DNA of 64,000 bases from Eubacteriales bacterium (lineage in GTDB: Bacteria > Bacillota > Clostridia > Oscillospirales > CAG-272). Under the pieces are notes generated by a model that was not told where the DNA came from, made no database searches, and saw only the letters and a program-made list of their open reading frames with translations. Both the position numbers and the translations under genes were made by a program. The stretch's first letter is position 1; each line of letters opens with the position of its first letter. Shown piece by piece: positions 30,052 through 40,720 of this stretch. Location of the stretch: positions 2,095 to 66,094 of the forward strand of contig JAZSKY010000071.1 in NCBI GenBank assembly GCA_045535095.1, read 5' to 3'.

Positions 30052-31605
30052 TTATTTACTGCTTGTATCTGTGTTTGTGGTCTTGGGAAGAGCCGCGGTG
30101 GTCTTGGAGTAACCGTAGTAGCCCTTATAGTAGCCCTTCTTGTAGCCGTACTTTCCGTAATATCTGCGTCCCGACTCAACCACACGGTTGATAACTATAC
30201 CGAGTATTCTCGAATCGACGAAGTCGAACTGATTTACAGAGTTTACGAACGAGTGGCGGTTACAGTAGTTCTGGCTGACTACGAGAACCATACCGTCAAC
30301 GAACTTAGCGGCAACGAGTGCGTCACTGACCTCCTCAACGGGAGTAAGGTCGATGATGATGTAATCGTAACGCTCTCTGAGAGTGTCAAGCATATCGGTC
30401 ATCTTTGCAGATGCGAGAAGCTCTACCGGGTTAGGCGGATTGTGTCCTGCCGCGATAACGTCAAACTCAAAATCGGAGAACTTTTTGCCTGTGCTCTGAA
30501 TTATGTCCTCAAGAGGTGTTTTATCTGCAAGGTAGTTGGAAAGTCCGGGGACCTTCTTGACCTTCAGCTTATTTGCAAGCGAGGGACGTCTCATATCGCC
30601 GTCGATAAGAAGGATCTTCTTGCCGAGCTGAGAAAGAGAGAAAGCGAGGTTTGCCGCGGTAATACTCTTTCCTTCTCCGAGAAGCGCACTCGAAACGCCG
30701 ATGACGTGGCATTTCTTGTCGTCTGCGAAGGAGAACTGGATCTTGGTACGGAGAAGCTTATACGCCTCGGTAGCCGAGAAGCTGATTCCGTCTCCGAGAA
30801 CGACTCCGCCGCGCGAGTTGACGAACGACTTGGAGTAGTAACCGCTCTTGTTCTTTGTAACAGTCGTCATATCGGGAACGGCTGCAAGAATGGGATAGTC
30901 GCAGCTTTCGGTAATATCTTCCTCGGTACGAATGGTGTTATCGAATATTTCAATAAGCACGATGATTCCCACAGATACCACGAGACCGAAGATAAATCCG
31001 AGCATCGTGTTGAGCGTCATATTGGGAGAAGAGGGCGCGGAAGGTATTATTGCATAGTCAACGATCTTTGCCGACGTACCCTCAACGATACTCGTTATCT
31101 TGTTGGGGAGAATATGAGCTATCGCGTTTGCGATAACCTCGGTCTCCTCGGGATTTGTTCCTGTGACCGTTACCTCGAATACGGCGGTATCGCCAACTGC
31201 CGACGAGGTAATCATATTACTGAGCTGCGCAGGTGTGTAGCTCAGTCCTGCATAATCAATAACGTCGTTAAGGCAGGATCTCGACTGAAGGATAACGATA
31301 TAGGTCTCAACGAGCTTCTGCGATGCAGAAAGGTCAGACTGCGAAATGTTGAGCGAAACGTCGTTAAGCGAGACCGCGCTGTTATTTACGTAAAACTTTG
31401 CGGACGAGCTATATTTCGGCGCAACAAAAAGGGTTGTGAAAAGGAGAACGATCATAGCGCAAAGAACGCACGAAACTCCTATTATCCAGAATCTCTTCCA
31501 GAGAGCCTTTCCGAGTCTGATGAGGTCTATCTCCCTTGCGGCGGGAGTTGTTTTTGCCTGCTTTTTACTGAGTGAGCTTTCCATATTTCTTTGTTTTCCT
31601 CGCAA
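30052..31605 (-). CDS. Fused Wzz chain-length regulator / BY tyrosine autokinase (CpsC-CpsD fusion)
   Basis: 517 aa. Two TM segments flank a Wzz-like loop. Walker A SSALLGEGKS. C-terminal tyrosine cluster RRYYGKYGYKKGYYKGYYGY. Confidence 0.9.
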   Translation of the reverse strand: MRGKQRNMESSLSKKQAKTTPAAREIDLIRLGKALWKRFWIIGVSCVLCAMIVLLFTTLFVAPKYSSSAKFYVNNSAVSLNDVSLNISQSDLSASQKLVETYIVILQSRSCLNDVIDYAGLSYTPAQLSNMITSSAVGDTAVFEVTVTGTNPEETEVIANAIAHILPNKITSIVEGTSAKIVDYAIIPSAPSSPNMTLNTMLGFIFGLVVSVGIIVLIEIFDNTIRTEEDITESCDYPILAAVPDMTTVTKNKSGYYSKSFVNSRGGVVLGDGISFSATEAYKLLRTKIQFSFADDKKCHVIGVSSALLGEGKSITAANLAFSLSQLGKKILLIDGDMRRPSLANKLKVKKVPGLSNYLADKTPLEDIIQSTGKKFSDFEFDVIAAGHNPPNPVELLASAKMTDMLDTLRERYDYIIIDLTPVEEVSDALVAAKFVDGMVLVVSQNYCNRHSFVNSVNQFDFVDSRILGIVINRVVESGRRYYGKYGYKKGYYKGYYGYSKTTAALPKTTNTDTSSK

Positions 31606-31746
31606 ATGTATATATTATCTCATAGTAATCCGAGATATCATTTTGATTATAACACATAATATATAAAAAATCAATAGCAAAAGAAAAAAATAAAAGCACT
31701 TTTACCGCTTTTTTCGCGCATCAAAAGTGCTTTTTACCATTTTTAG

Positions 31747-33744
31747 TCAGTTTTCCGTTTTTCCTTCGGCTTTTTTCATTTCCTCTAAGTTTTCGAAATT
31801 TTTATTTATTTCCTCGGGATCTTTAAAGCTTGGAACGGTCTGTCTCACCGCATTCTTTATCACAATGCTGTCGGGGCTTTCCTTATACTCGTCGAGAGCC
31901 GCTTTGAGTATCGCGAGCTTCGCCTCTACGTCCTCTCTCGAAAGAGGTGCATCTCTCTCGATAAATATCTTATCGTTTTCGGTCTTATCGAGCGCCTCGC
32001 TCTTGATGAGAAGCTCCTCGTAAAGCTTTTCACCGGGGCGGAGTCCTATCTCCTTAAGCTCGATATCAACGCCCGGTTCAAGTCCCGAAAGCTTGATCAT
32101 ATTGACGGCAAGGTCGTATATCTTGATCGGCTTTCCCATATCGAGAACGAAAAGCTCTCCGCTTTCTGCCATAGCGCCCGCCTGCATAACGAGCTGGCTC
32201 GCCTCGGAAATAATCATAAAATATCTGATTATTCGCTTGTCGGTGACGGTAACCGGTCCGCCGTTATCTATCTGACGCTTAAACAGCGGAATTACCGATC
32301 CGTTCGATCCAAGCACGTTACCGAATCTTACTGCCGCAAAGCTTGTCTCGCTATCGCGTCGGCACTGAATGACCATCTCGCAAATACGCTTGGACGCACC
32401 CATTACGTTAGTGGGGTTTACCGCCTTATCGGTCGATATAAGTATAAACTTCTTTACTCCGTACTTCTCTGCCATATCGGCGGTATTGTACGTTCCGAAA
32501 ACGTTATTCTTGATCGCCTCGCACGGACTGTTTTCCATAAGCGGAACGTGCTTATGCGCCGCTGCGTGGAAAACCACGTCGGGACGGTATTTGTCAAAGA
32601 GATATTCAAGGCATATTCTGTCTCTTACCGAGCCTATCTCGACAGAAAGGTCGAGACCGTCTCCGTAGTTTCTTTTAAGCTCCTGCTGAATGTCGTACGC
32701 ATTGTTTTCGTAAACGTCAAAAATAACGAGCTTCTTCGGCGAGCAGGTCGCGATCTGACGGCAGATCTCACTTCCGATAGAGCCGCCACCGCCTGTTACG
32801 AGAACCGTTTTTCCTGCGTAACTACGGCGCGTTTCTTCAAATTCAAGCTTGACCGTCTCTCTGAAAAGAAGGTCCTCGATCTTTACGTCACGTATCTTCT
32901 TTATATCAACCTCTCCGTTGACGAGCTGGTATATTCCGGGCAGAGTACGAAGGCGGCAAGACGTCTTATTGCACTCAACGAGAATGTCTCCTCTCGTCTT
33001 TGCAGACGCCGACGGAATAGCGAAGATTATCTCCTCGACCCTATACTTTTCAACCGCCGCGACAATACGCTCGCGCGATCCTACGATCGGTACTCCGCTT
33101 ATATTTTTTCCATGCTTCTGCTTATCGTCATCAATAAAGCAAACTACGTTGTTTTGTGAAAACGGGCTATCGCGAAGCTCTCTTAAAGTGGATACTCCCG
33201 CAGAGCCTGCGCCGATTATCATCGTGCGTTTTTTAGGTATTCTCGAAGCCTTTTCATGCGCAGGATCTCCTGTACCCTTCTTATAGCGATGCATCTTTTT
33301 GCGAACGTATCTATACAAAAATCTCGATAAGAAAACGAGTGTTGAAAGCACCACGAAGTTCAGCGGCCAGAAGCTTCTCGGCACCGAAAGTGCGGTGAAA
33401 TAATGCAGAGCGGTCTGTGCCGCGGTCGCTCCGAGAGATGCGATGAATATCGAAAGCGCTTCCCTTTCGCCCGCGTATTCCCAAAGGCTGTTATAGAGTC
33501 CGAATATCGCAAAAATCAAGATAGTTACGAAAACAGTCAAGGGAAGAAGCTTCATTACGTTCCAGAAAGGCTCGAACTTTATCAGCGAGTAGGTCGTAAA
33601 CTCGAGTCTTATCCAAAGTGCCGCAATAGAGGACAAAATGAAGATAAGAGTATCGAGGCATACGAGAACGGCCCTTCTCGCGAAGCGCTTTCCGTTGAAA
33701 ACGGAACTGTTTTTTAAGGATATCATACTTAATATTTTCTCCAA
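31747..33744 (-). CDS. Membrane-bound UDP-sugar 4,6-dehydratase (CapD/PglF/EpsC type)
   Basis: 665 aa. Four N-terminal TM segments, then two Rossmann regions (IIGAGSAG, VTGGGGSIGSE). An alternative start at 33726 would avoid the overlap with the upstream gene. Confidence 0.88.
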   Translation of the reverse strand: MEKILSMISLKNSSVFNGKRFARRAVLVCLDTLIFILSSIAALWIRLEFTTYSLIKFEPFWNVMKLLPLTVFVTILIFAIFGLYNSLWEYAGEREALSIFIASLGATAAQTALHYFTALSVPRSFWPLNFVVLSTLVFLSRFLYRYVRKKMHRYKKGTGDPAHEKASRIPKKRTMIIGAGSAGVSTLRELRDSPFSQNNVVCFIDDDKQKHGKNISGVPIVGSRERIVAAVEKYRVEEIIFAIPSASAKTRGDILVECNKTSCRLRTLPGIYQLVNGEVDIKKIRDVKIEDLLFRETVKLEFEETRRSYAGKTVLVTGGGGSIGSEICRQIATCSPKKLVIFDVYENNAYDIQQELKRNYGDGLDLSVEIGSVRDRICLEYLFDKYRPDVVFHAAAHKHVPLMENSPCEAIKNNVFGTYNTADMAEKYGVKKFILISTDKAVNPTNVMGASKRICEMVIQCRRDSETSFAAVRFGNVLGSNGSVIPLFKRQIDNGGPVTVTDKRIIRYFMIISEASQLVMQAGAMAESGELFVLDMGKPIKIYDLAVNMIKLSGLEPGVDIELKEIGLRPGEKLYEELLIKSEALDKTENDKIFIERDAPLSREDVEAKLAILKAALDEYKESPDSIVIKNAVRQTVPSFKDPEEINKNFENLEEMKKAEGKTEN

Positions 33745-34913
33745 ACCATTTTATCTACTACTCCCGTGTAGCTCTGGATGATCTTCACAACCTTGGTCGA
33801 GACGTTTTCCTCTGTGTAATCGGGTACGGGGATACCGAAGTCTCCCGACCCGTTCATTGCGACAGTCGTGCAGACCGCCTGAACGAGGCTCTTTTCGTCG
33901 ATGCCTGCAAGAGTGAAGCACGCCTTATCAAGCGCCTCGGGGCGCTCGGTGGAGGTTCTTATACATATTGCGGGGAAGGCGCGTCCTATCGAGGTAAAGA
34001 AGCTCGACTCCTCGGGGAGCGTGCCGCTATCCGAGATGACCGCAAATGCGTTCATCTGAAGGTTGTTATAGTCGTGGAAGCCGAGGGGGTCGTGTCTTAT
34101 TACTCTTCTGTCAAGCTCGAAGCCGGACGCCTCGAGTCTCTTCTTACTACGCGGATGACAGGAGTAAAGAATGGGCATATCGTATATCTCGGCAATCTTA
34201 TTTATCGCCGTAAATAAGGACAAAAAGTTCTTTTCGGTGTCGATATTCTCTTCTCTGTGTGCCGAGAGGAGAATGTACTTTTTCTTCTCAAGTCCAAGGC
34301 GCGAGAGAATGTCGCTACCGTCAATGTCTGCAAGATTTGCGCGAAGCACCTCTGCCATAGGCGAGCCTGTAACGTAGGTGCGCTCCTTGGGGAGTCCGCA
34401 CTCGTGGAGATACTTTCTCGCATGCTCGGAATATGCGAGGTTGACGTCCGAAATTATATCAACGATACGTCTGTTGGTCTCCTCGGGCAGACATTCGTCC
34501 TTGCATCTGTTTCCTGCTTCCATGTGGAAGATCGGAATATGGAGTCTCTTTGCCGCTATTGCCGAGAGGCAGGAGTTTGTGTCTCCGAGAATGAGCAGAG
34601 CGTCCGGACGAGTCGCGCTCATAAGCTTATAAGAGCAGCTTATTATATTTCCGACCGTCTCGCCGAGATCGTCGCCAACTGCGTCCATATAGACCTCGGG
34701 ATCGTCAAGCTTCAGATCTCTGAAAAATATTCCGTTAAGATTGTAATCGTAGTTCTGTCCGGTATGGGCAAGAATACAGTCAAAATACTTGCGGCACTTT
34801 GAAATTACCGCAGAAAGACGGATAATTTCGGGGCGTGTGCCGACTATTATGAGAAGCTTTAATCTTCCGTCGTTTTTGAAATTAACGTCCGAATAGTCTC
34901 TTTTGATCTCCAT
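33729..34913 (-). CDS. fnlC: UDP-N-acetylglucosamine 2-epimerase (non-hydrolysing, Cap5G/FnlC type)
   Basis: 394 aa. LLIIVGTRPEIIRL...HMEAGNR. It is linked to the CapE/CapF homologues. Confidence 0.8.
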   Translation of the reverse strand: MEIKRDYSDVNFKNDGRLKLLIIVGTRPEIIRLSAVISKCRKYFDCILAHTGQNYDYNLNGIFFRDLKLDDPEVYMDAVGDDLGETVGNIISCSYKLMSATRPDALLILGDTNSCLSAIAAKRLHIPIFHMEAGNRCKDECLPEETNRRIVDIISDVNLAYSEHARKYLHECGLPKERTYVTGSPMAEVLRANLADIDGSDILSRLGLEKKKYILLSAHREENIDTEKNFLSLFTAINKIAEIYDMPILYSCHPRSKKRLEASGFELDRRVIRHDPLGFHDYNNLQMNAFAVISDSGTLPEESSFFTSIGRAFPAICIRTSTERPEALDKACFTLAGIDEKSLVQAVCTTVAMNGSGDFGIPVPDYTEENVSTKVVKIIQSYTGVVDKMVWRKY

Positions 34914-34914
34914 T

Positions 34915-35373
34915 TTATTTCCTACACTTTCTTATTACAATATAGCATAAAAACGCCGCGAGCATACCGAGAAGCGCGCCTGAAAAGTCGATCAGAACGT
35001 CGCTGACAAGGCTTGTGCGACCTGTAAAGGTCTGGATATATTCATCAATAACCGCCACCGCGAGAGTTCCGAAAAGCCCACAGCTGAGGAGCTTTACGCC
35101 CGAAAACTCGGTCAGCGCTCTCACAAGAAGGAATGTCAGCGCTCCCAAAAGAGCGAACTCGGTGAGGTGCGCTCCCTTTCGCACGATATAATTTACGTCA
35201 GCGTCCTCTCCGAATAAAAAACGTATAGCGCTGTCAAATATCTCGGAAAATCTTCCGCTTGCTTCTCTCGACTCTTCTCCGCTCTTCATCGAGTTTGAAA
35301 ATATAAACACGACGGTCAGCAGAGTCAGCACCGCAAGGATAACAAGTAGCGTTTTTTGCTTTGTTTTGTTCAA
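34915..35373 (-). CDS. VanZ-like membrane protein
   Basis: 152 aa, 4 TM segments. RKGAHLTEFALLG...DEYIQTFTGRTSLVSDVLID. Confidence 0.75.
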   Translation of the reverse strand: MNKTKQKTLLVILAVLTLLTVVFIFSNSMKSGEESREASGRFSEIFDSAIRFLFGEDADVNYIVRKGAHLTEFALLGALTFLLVRALTEFSGVKLLSCGLFGTLAVAVIDEYIQTFTGRTSLVSDVLIDFSGALLGMLAAFLCYIVIRKCRK

Positions 35374-35374
35374 T

Positions 35375-36571
35375 TTATACTACCTCAAAAAAAGTATCGG
35401 GTCTGTCCTTATCGAAAAGCTCGTTTGCCCACATAAGGGTCACGAGGTTTTCGCTATCGCTCAGATTTATCACGTTATGCGTGTATCCGGGGAGCATGTG
35501 CAGCATTTCGAGCTTGTCGCCGCTGACCTCAAAGCTCAGCACCTCGTCACTGCCGATCTTTCTCATCTGAACGAGTCCTCTGCCTGAAACCACGAGGAAA
35601 AATTCCCACTTGGTGTTATGCCAATGCTGTCCCTTCGTGATACCCGGCTTTGACACGTTGACAGAAAACTGTCCGCAGTTTAAGGTTTTAAGCACCTCTG
35701 TAAAGCTGCCTCTGTCGTCTCTGTTCATCTTCAACTCAAAGGAGATCTTCTCCTTTGGAAGATAGGAAAGATATGTGGAATACAGCTTTTTCTCAAACGA
35801 TCCGCACGGTATTTCGGGGACGATGAGAGTTCTTGGCTGCTCGCTGAATTTATAGAGAAGCTCTGCTATATATCCGAGCTTGACTTTGTGAGTTATCGGT
35901 GCGGCGCAGTATTTTCCTCCGTCTGTGAGTACGGTATTTATGCCGTCAAACTCACAGCGATGCTCCTTGCCGACAAGCGCGAGCATCATCTCGTCAACGA
36001 GATCGTCTATGTAAAGAAGCTCGAGAGAGACCGAGGGATCGTTTACGGTTATCGGAAGATCGTTTGCAACGTTATGGCAGAAGGTTGCGACCGCGCTGTT
36101 ATAGTTCGGTCTGCACCACTTTCCGAAAAGGTTGGGAAATCTGTAAACGAGTACCTTTGCGCCCGTTTTTTCGGCGTAATCGAAGAAAAGCTCCTCACCC
36201 GCCTTTTTACTGCGTCCGTAGTCGCTATCGTAGCGTCCGACGAGAGTTGCCTGAATAGAGCTTGAAAGCATTATCGGGCATCTGTTTTCGTATTTTCCGA
36301 GGGTTTCGAGCAGTTTTTTAGCAAAATAGCAGTTTCCCTGCATAAATTCCTCGGGATTTTGAGGACGGTTCACGCCTGCAAGGTTGAATACGAAGTCGGC
36401 ATTTTGACAAGCCTCTTCAAGAAGCTCGTCTGACGAGTCGATATCGTAAAGATATATTTCGTCTATCTGAAGGTCGGGGTGAGTTCTGTCCTTCCCTTCC
36501 TTTATGTTTTTAAGGGCTTCCGCGAGATTTTTTCCGACAAATCCCGAGGCTCCCGTTATGAGTATATTCAT
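35375..36571 (-). CDS. fnlB: Cap5F/FnlB-type reductase (SDR plus C-terminal cupin)
   Basis: 398 aa. NILITGASGFVGKNL...FPNLFGKWCRPNYNSAVATFCH...DDRGSFTE...SKPGITKGQHWHNTK. It is collinear with S. aureus Cap5F as I recall that sequence. Confidence 0.85.
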   Translation of the reverse strand: MNILITGASGFVGKNLAEALKNIKEGKDRTHPDLQIDEIYLYDIDSSDELLEEACQNADFVFNLAGVNRPQNPEEFMQGNCYFAKKLLETLGKYENRCPIMLSSSIQATLVGRYDSDYGRSKKAGEELFFDYAEKTGAKVLVYRFPNLFGKWCRPNYNSAVATFCHNVANDLPITVNDPSVSLELLYIDDLVDEMMLALVGKEHRCEFDGINTVLTDGGKYCAAPITHKVKLGYIAELLYKFSEQPRTLIVPEIPCGSFEKKLYSTYLSYLPKEKISFELKMNRDDRGSFTEVLKTLNCGQFSVNVSKPGITKGQHWHNTKWEFFLVVSGRGLVQMRKIGSDEVLSFEVSGDKLEMLHMLPGYTHNVINLSDSENLVTLMWANELFDKDRPDTFFEVV

Positions 36572-36581
36572 AAATTATCCC

Positions 36582-37628
36582 TTAATATTTTATTCCCATA
36601 GAGTCAAGCTCGTCTCTTATATACTGAAGCGAGAGCAGCTTTTCCTTGACCTCCTCGGTGCCGAGAAGCTGGGTATTATGAGAATTGAACTCGGTGAGCG
36701 TATTACGAGCGGTGTCACCTTCTCTGAAATATTTATCGTAGTTAAGTCCGCGCTTGTCGCAGGGTACGCGGTAAAAATCGCCCATATCTATCGCGTTTGC
36801 GCACTCCTCGTTGGTGAGAAGGGTCTCGTACATCTTCTCGCCGTGACGGATTCCGATGACCTTGATGTTGTCCTTATTTCCGCCGAAAAGCTCGCAGACA
36901 GCCTCCGCCTGAGTCTTGATCGTGCAGGCAGGCGCTTTCTGGACGAGAATATCACCGCTCGATCCATGCTCGAAAGCGAACAGAACGAGATCGACCGCCT
37001 CGTCGAGCGACATAATGAAGCGAGTCATCGTAGGATCGGTGATGGTTATCGGTTGACCGTTTTTTATCTGGTCGATCCAGAGCGGAATAACCGATCCGCG
37101 CGAGCACATTACGTTTCCGTATCTCGTGCAGGCGATCTTTGTCTTTTCGGGCGAGACTGTGCGCGATTTTGCAACGATCACCTTTTCCATCATCGCCTTG
37201 GACGTTCCCATTGCGTTAACGGGGTACGCCGCCTTATCGGTCGAAAGACAGATTATCGACTTAACACCCGCGTCTATCGCGGCAGTAAGCACGTTTTCGG
37301 TACCGAGGACGTTGGTCTTGACCGCCTCGATCGGAAAAAATTCGCAGGAAGGAACCTGCTTGAGCGCCGCCGCGTGGAATATGTAGTCCACCCCGTGCAT
37401 CGCGTTCTTGACCGACTGAATGTCGCGCACGTCACCTATATAGAACTTGATCTTTTCGGCAGCCTCGGGCATTTTAGCCTGAAATTCGTGACGCATATCG
37501 TCCTGCTTCTTCTCGTCGCGCGAGAAAATGCGGATCTCTCCTATGTCGGTTTGTAAAAAGCGGTTGAGTACGGCATTACCGAACGATCCCGTTCCGCCTG
37601 TTATCATTAGGGTTTTGTTTGTGAACAT
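36582..37628 (-). CDS. fnlA: UDP-GlcNAc 4,6-dehydratase/5-epimerase (Cap5E/FnlA type)
   Basis: 348 aa. LMITGGTGSFGNAVLNRFL...IRIFSRDEKKQDDMR...AALKQVPSCEF...GTSKAMMEK. Confidence 0.9.
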   Translation of the reverse strand: MFTNKTLMITGGTGSFGNAVLNRFLQTDIGEIRIFSRDEKKQDDMRHEFQAKMPEAAEKIKFYIGDVRDIQSVKNAMHGVDYIFHAAALKQVPSCEFFPIEAVKTNVLGTENVLTAAIDAGVKSIICLSTDKAAYPVNAMGTSKAMMEKVIVAKSRTVSPEKTKIACTRYGNVMCSRGSVIPLWIDQIKNGQPITITDPTMTRFIMSLDEAVDLVLFAFEHGSSGDILVQKAPACTIKTQAEAVCELFGGNKDNIKVIGIRHGEKMYETLLTNEECANAIDMGDFYRVPCDKRGLNYDKYFREGDTARNTLTEFNSHNTQLLGTEEVKEKLLSLQYIRDELDSMGIKY

Positions 37629-37647
37629 ATTTAATTTCCTCTTTCAA

Positions 37648-38574
37648 TCAAACATACTCTTTGTAAGACTTTTTCATATCTGCGACCACAAAGTAGTGGT
37701 GTCCCTGCCTTTTTTCGGGTGGCGGCGGAGTCATATAATCGCCGTATATTCTTGTGAGATAAGCGTCGTAATCCTGTGGTAGCGTAACAGTTACACCCTC
37801 AAAAACACCTTGTGTTCCTTCGCCGAAAATCTCTTTCGGCATAATTTCCCTGCTCCCCCATATTCCTCCAAACAACACAACTGTTTTACTTTTGCCATAA
37901 TCTTTACGGCGAAAGAGTCTTTCTCGTTTAGCGATTGTTTTTTGTATGTTCGGATACATGAGCAAAATGAGACCATTCACAAACTTTTTAAGTACCGTCT
38001 GTTTTGCGTTCGGAGCATAAAAAACATTCGATATTCGTTTGCTATATATTTTCTTTTTAAACGAAACTATTCTTTGAACTATTTTTTTGTCGGATATTCC
38101 GTCAAGCGGAAAAACATCCATATAGACCCCGTGATGTATCTTCAAATACTTAGAGCTTGTTTCAATGTACGTCGTATTAGAATTTCTGATTTTTCCATAG
38201 GACATTGGATATTGTGGGTCAGTTTCAGCAGTTTGGAAAAACAAAAACTCCGGCAATTCCTTTGATGCGATTTTAGAGAATTTTTCATAATCCTCCCGCG
38301 GCATTCCAACGTCGATATCATCATCCCACGGTATAAACCCTCGGTGTCTAACGGCACCCAGACATGTGCCTCCGACAAGAAAATACTGTAAGTTATTTTT
38401 TGAGCAAATGTCAATAAAAATCTTAAGCATATCAAGTTGTATCTGTTTCAGTTCGTTTATATCAAGATTATTTGCTTTATTTTCCAATTCAAAGCACCTC
38501 CTATTCGGTCTTCGTTTGTTATGAAAGACGTTTATCGCTTTTTTCCATATCCGAAGCCTCTTACTTAAACCCAA
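37648..38574 (-). CDS. licD: LicD-family phosphotransferase
   Basis: 308 aa. YFLVGGTCLGAVRHRGFIPWDDDIDVGMPREDY. Confidence 0.85.
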   Translation of the reverse strand: MGLSKRLRIWKKAINVFHNKRRPNRRCFELENKANNLDINELKQIQLDMLKIFIDICSKNNLQYFLVGGTCLGAVRHRGFIPWDDDIDVGMPREDYEKFSKIASKELPEFLFFQTAETDPQYPMSYGKIRNSNTTYIETSSKYLKIHHGVYMDVFPLDGISDKKIVQRIVSFKKKIYSKRISNVFYAPNAKQTVLKKFVNGLILLMYPNIQKTIAKRERLFRRKDYGKSKTVVLFGGIWGSREIMPKEIFGEGTQGVFEGVTVTLPQDYDAYLTRIYGDYMTPPPPEKRQGHHYFVVADMKKSYKEYV

Positions 38575-38614
38575 TTAGCATCAATCAGTGAGCTTTGCGC
38601 CAAAAAATCTTCAA

Positions 38615-39646
38615 CTAACCGTTACAAGCATTACCGTTTTTAGCCCTGTAATACAAATCAAAAACAAGCATAATTAAATTGTATGCTCTAATTTTCAACA
38701 ACATTAGCAGCAGCTTTTCTTTTTTTATAGTTTTAATTTTATAGCGTCTGATATGCTCGTCATTCGCTATTTTTTTTATTAGTGTTTTTATTGAGCTCTT
38801 TGCAACATCGTTGCTTCTCGAATAATAATGGTGTATTTCTCCGAGTAACGCTGTGAGATACCTGTTTTCAAGCCGAAGAATAGATTCATCTGAACACTGT
38901 CTATCATACATGCTATCTCTTATTTTAGAGTATATTTTTTTATCTATTTCGTATATCTCTTTGTGAAACGATCTTACCAAAGATGTTTCACTACTGTTTT
39001 TACAATAATGATAAAACGACAGATTACTCAAGTATGCGTTTTCAGCCAAACCCATCATCTCGGTGTTGAAATACGTATCTTCGCCAATGTTCATAGAAGT
39101 ATCAAACTTCACACCGTAATACTTTATGAGATTTGTTCTGTACAACTTGCACCACGGACCACACAAACAATCCAGTGGAATTTCTTTTCCCCACATTTCT
39201 AATAATTCTTTGATTGCAAAAACACCGTTTTTCTTAATATTGGTAACTTCTACTTTTTCGATAGAATCACAATTACAATACTCGTGTATAACTCCGGAAA
39301 CAAATATGTCGACTCCCGTTTCTTCAATATTGTTAATGGCATATTCGAGAAAATCGCTATCTATATAATCATCAGAATCAACAAATGTGATATATTCCCC
39401 TGTTGCGATCTTTAATCCTTCGTTTCGCGCCGAGGAAACTCCTCCATTGGATTTATGGACAACCTTCACGCGAGAATCCTTCTTAGCATATTCATCACAG
39501 ATGTCCGGCGATTTATCAGTAGATCCATCATCAACTAGTATGAGTTCAAAGTCGTTAAACGTCTGCGAGAGCACACTGTCAACGCATTTATTAATATATT
39601 TTTCTCTGTTATATACAGGTATTATAACACTTACTGCTGGGTTCAT
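38615..39646 (-). CDS. Family 2 glycosyltransferase
   Basis: VSVIIPVYNREKYI...LILVDDGSTD...FVDSDD. Confidence 0.88.
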   Translation of the reverse strand: MNPAVSVIIPVYNREKYINKCVDSVLSQTFNDFELILVDDGSTDKSPDICDEYAKKDSRVKVVHKSNGGVSSARNEGLKIATGEYITFVDSDDYIDSDFLEYAINNIEETGVDIFVSGVIHEYCNCDSIEKVEVTNIKKNGVFAIKELLEMWGKEIPLDCLCGPWCKLYRTNLIKYYGVKFDTSMNIGEDTYFNTEMMGLAENAYLSNLSFYHYCKNSSETSLVRSFHKEIYEIDKKIYSKIRDSMYDRQCSDESILRLENRYLTALLGEIHHYYSRSNDVAKSSIKTLIKKIANDEHIRRYKIKTIKKEKLLLMLLKIRAYNLIMLVFDLYYRAKNGNACNG

Positions 39647-39706
39647 GTTATTTTCTCCTTGCTCCGTACATCATAGCTTTATTATTTTCTTTGCAAATTT
39701 TAGGGT

Positions 39707-40690
39707 TCAAGTTAATTTATTAATAAATTTTGACACCCAAGCATAAAGTCTTTTCGAAAAATAATACAGCCTTATCTTAATCCTGTCTTTTACGGTTAAA
39801 AACTTATAGCACTTACGAATACTTCTTTTGTTGAAATCAAGAAATCCATATACATCATTCATTATTTCATCGTGATTTTCCCAATTATTTTTGTAATAAT
39901 CGGTTATCGTCTGAAGTGCGTGAATCACCGTATTAGCCAAACACTTTTCAGCAAGATGCGGGAAAGAGTTTTTGCTAAACTCATAATGATCCTTCATTGC
40001 CAGGTAAATGTGATAACATCTGTTCGGTTTCTTAGATAGCGTCGTGCTACTCTGGTTGACCCGATAATTATAATAAGGTTTCGTTAAAAAACCAACGTTT
40101 CTCTTCGCGTTAAGAAAAGGAACATAGGAAACCGCCAGGTCTTCGTATATTCTTCCTTCGGGAAACCTATACTCATCCAAGCACTCTCTTCTATACAGCT
40201 TCATCCACGGTTGTCCGCCGATTTCATCTGTCATTGTTTTTTCAACGATTGCTTTTGACGAGCAAACGGTTTTGTCCGGATAGTACTGAAACTCTGTAGA
40301 TATAATCTGACCGTCCCGTACTCTGTTAGCTGCACAAAAAACTATGTCCAAGTTTTTCTCGAACATAAATCCAAGCATATCTTCGTACATTGTCGGCTCT
40401 ATCCAATCGTCGCTATCTACAAAAGAAATTATTTCGCCGGTCGCCATTTCAAGCGCAATGTTTCGGGCGACCGACTGCCCCGCGTTTTCTTTATGTATTA
40501 CAACAACTCTTTCGTCGTTATTCTTGTAATAATCACATATTTCTCCGCTTTTGTCGGTAGAGCCATCGTCTATCAGTATTACTTCGAGGTTCTTATAGGT
40601 TTGATTCAAAACAGACTTCAAACATTGATCGATATATTTTTCTACATTATAGACCGGGATTATTACGGTAATCGTTGGACAACTCAACAC
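39707..40690 (-). CDS. Family 2 glycosyltransferase
   Basis: ITVIIPVYNVEKYI...VILIDDGSTD...FVDSDD. Confidence 0.88.
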   Translation of the reverse strand: MLSCPTITVIIPVYNVEKYIDQCLKSVLNQTYKNLEVILIDDGSTDKSGEICDYYKNNDERVVVIHKENAGQSVARNIALEMATGEIISFVDSDDWIEPTMYEDMLGFMFEKNLDIVFCAANRVRDGQIISTEFQYYPDKTVCSSKAIVEKTMTDEIGGQPWMKLYRRECLDEYRFPEGRIYEDLAVSYVPFLNAKRNVGFLTKPYYNYRVNQSSTTLSKKPNRCYHIYLAMKDHYEFSKNSFPHLAEKCLANTVIHALQTITDYYKNNWENHDEIMNDVYGFLDFNKRSIRKCYKFLTVKDRIKIRLYYFSKRLYAWVSKFINKLT

Positions 40691-40720
40691 AACCCACTCT
40701 CCACATAAAATTTCAAATCT

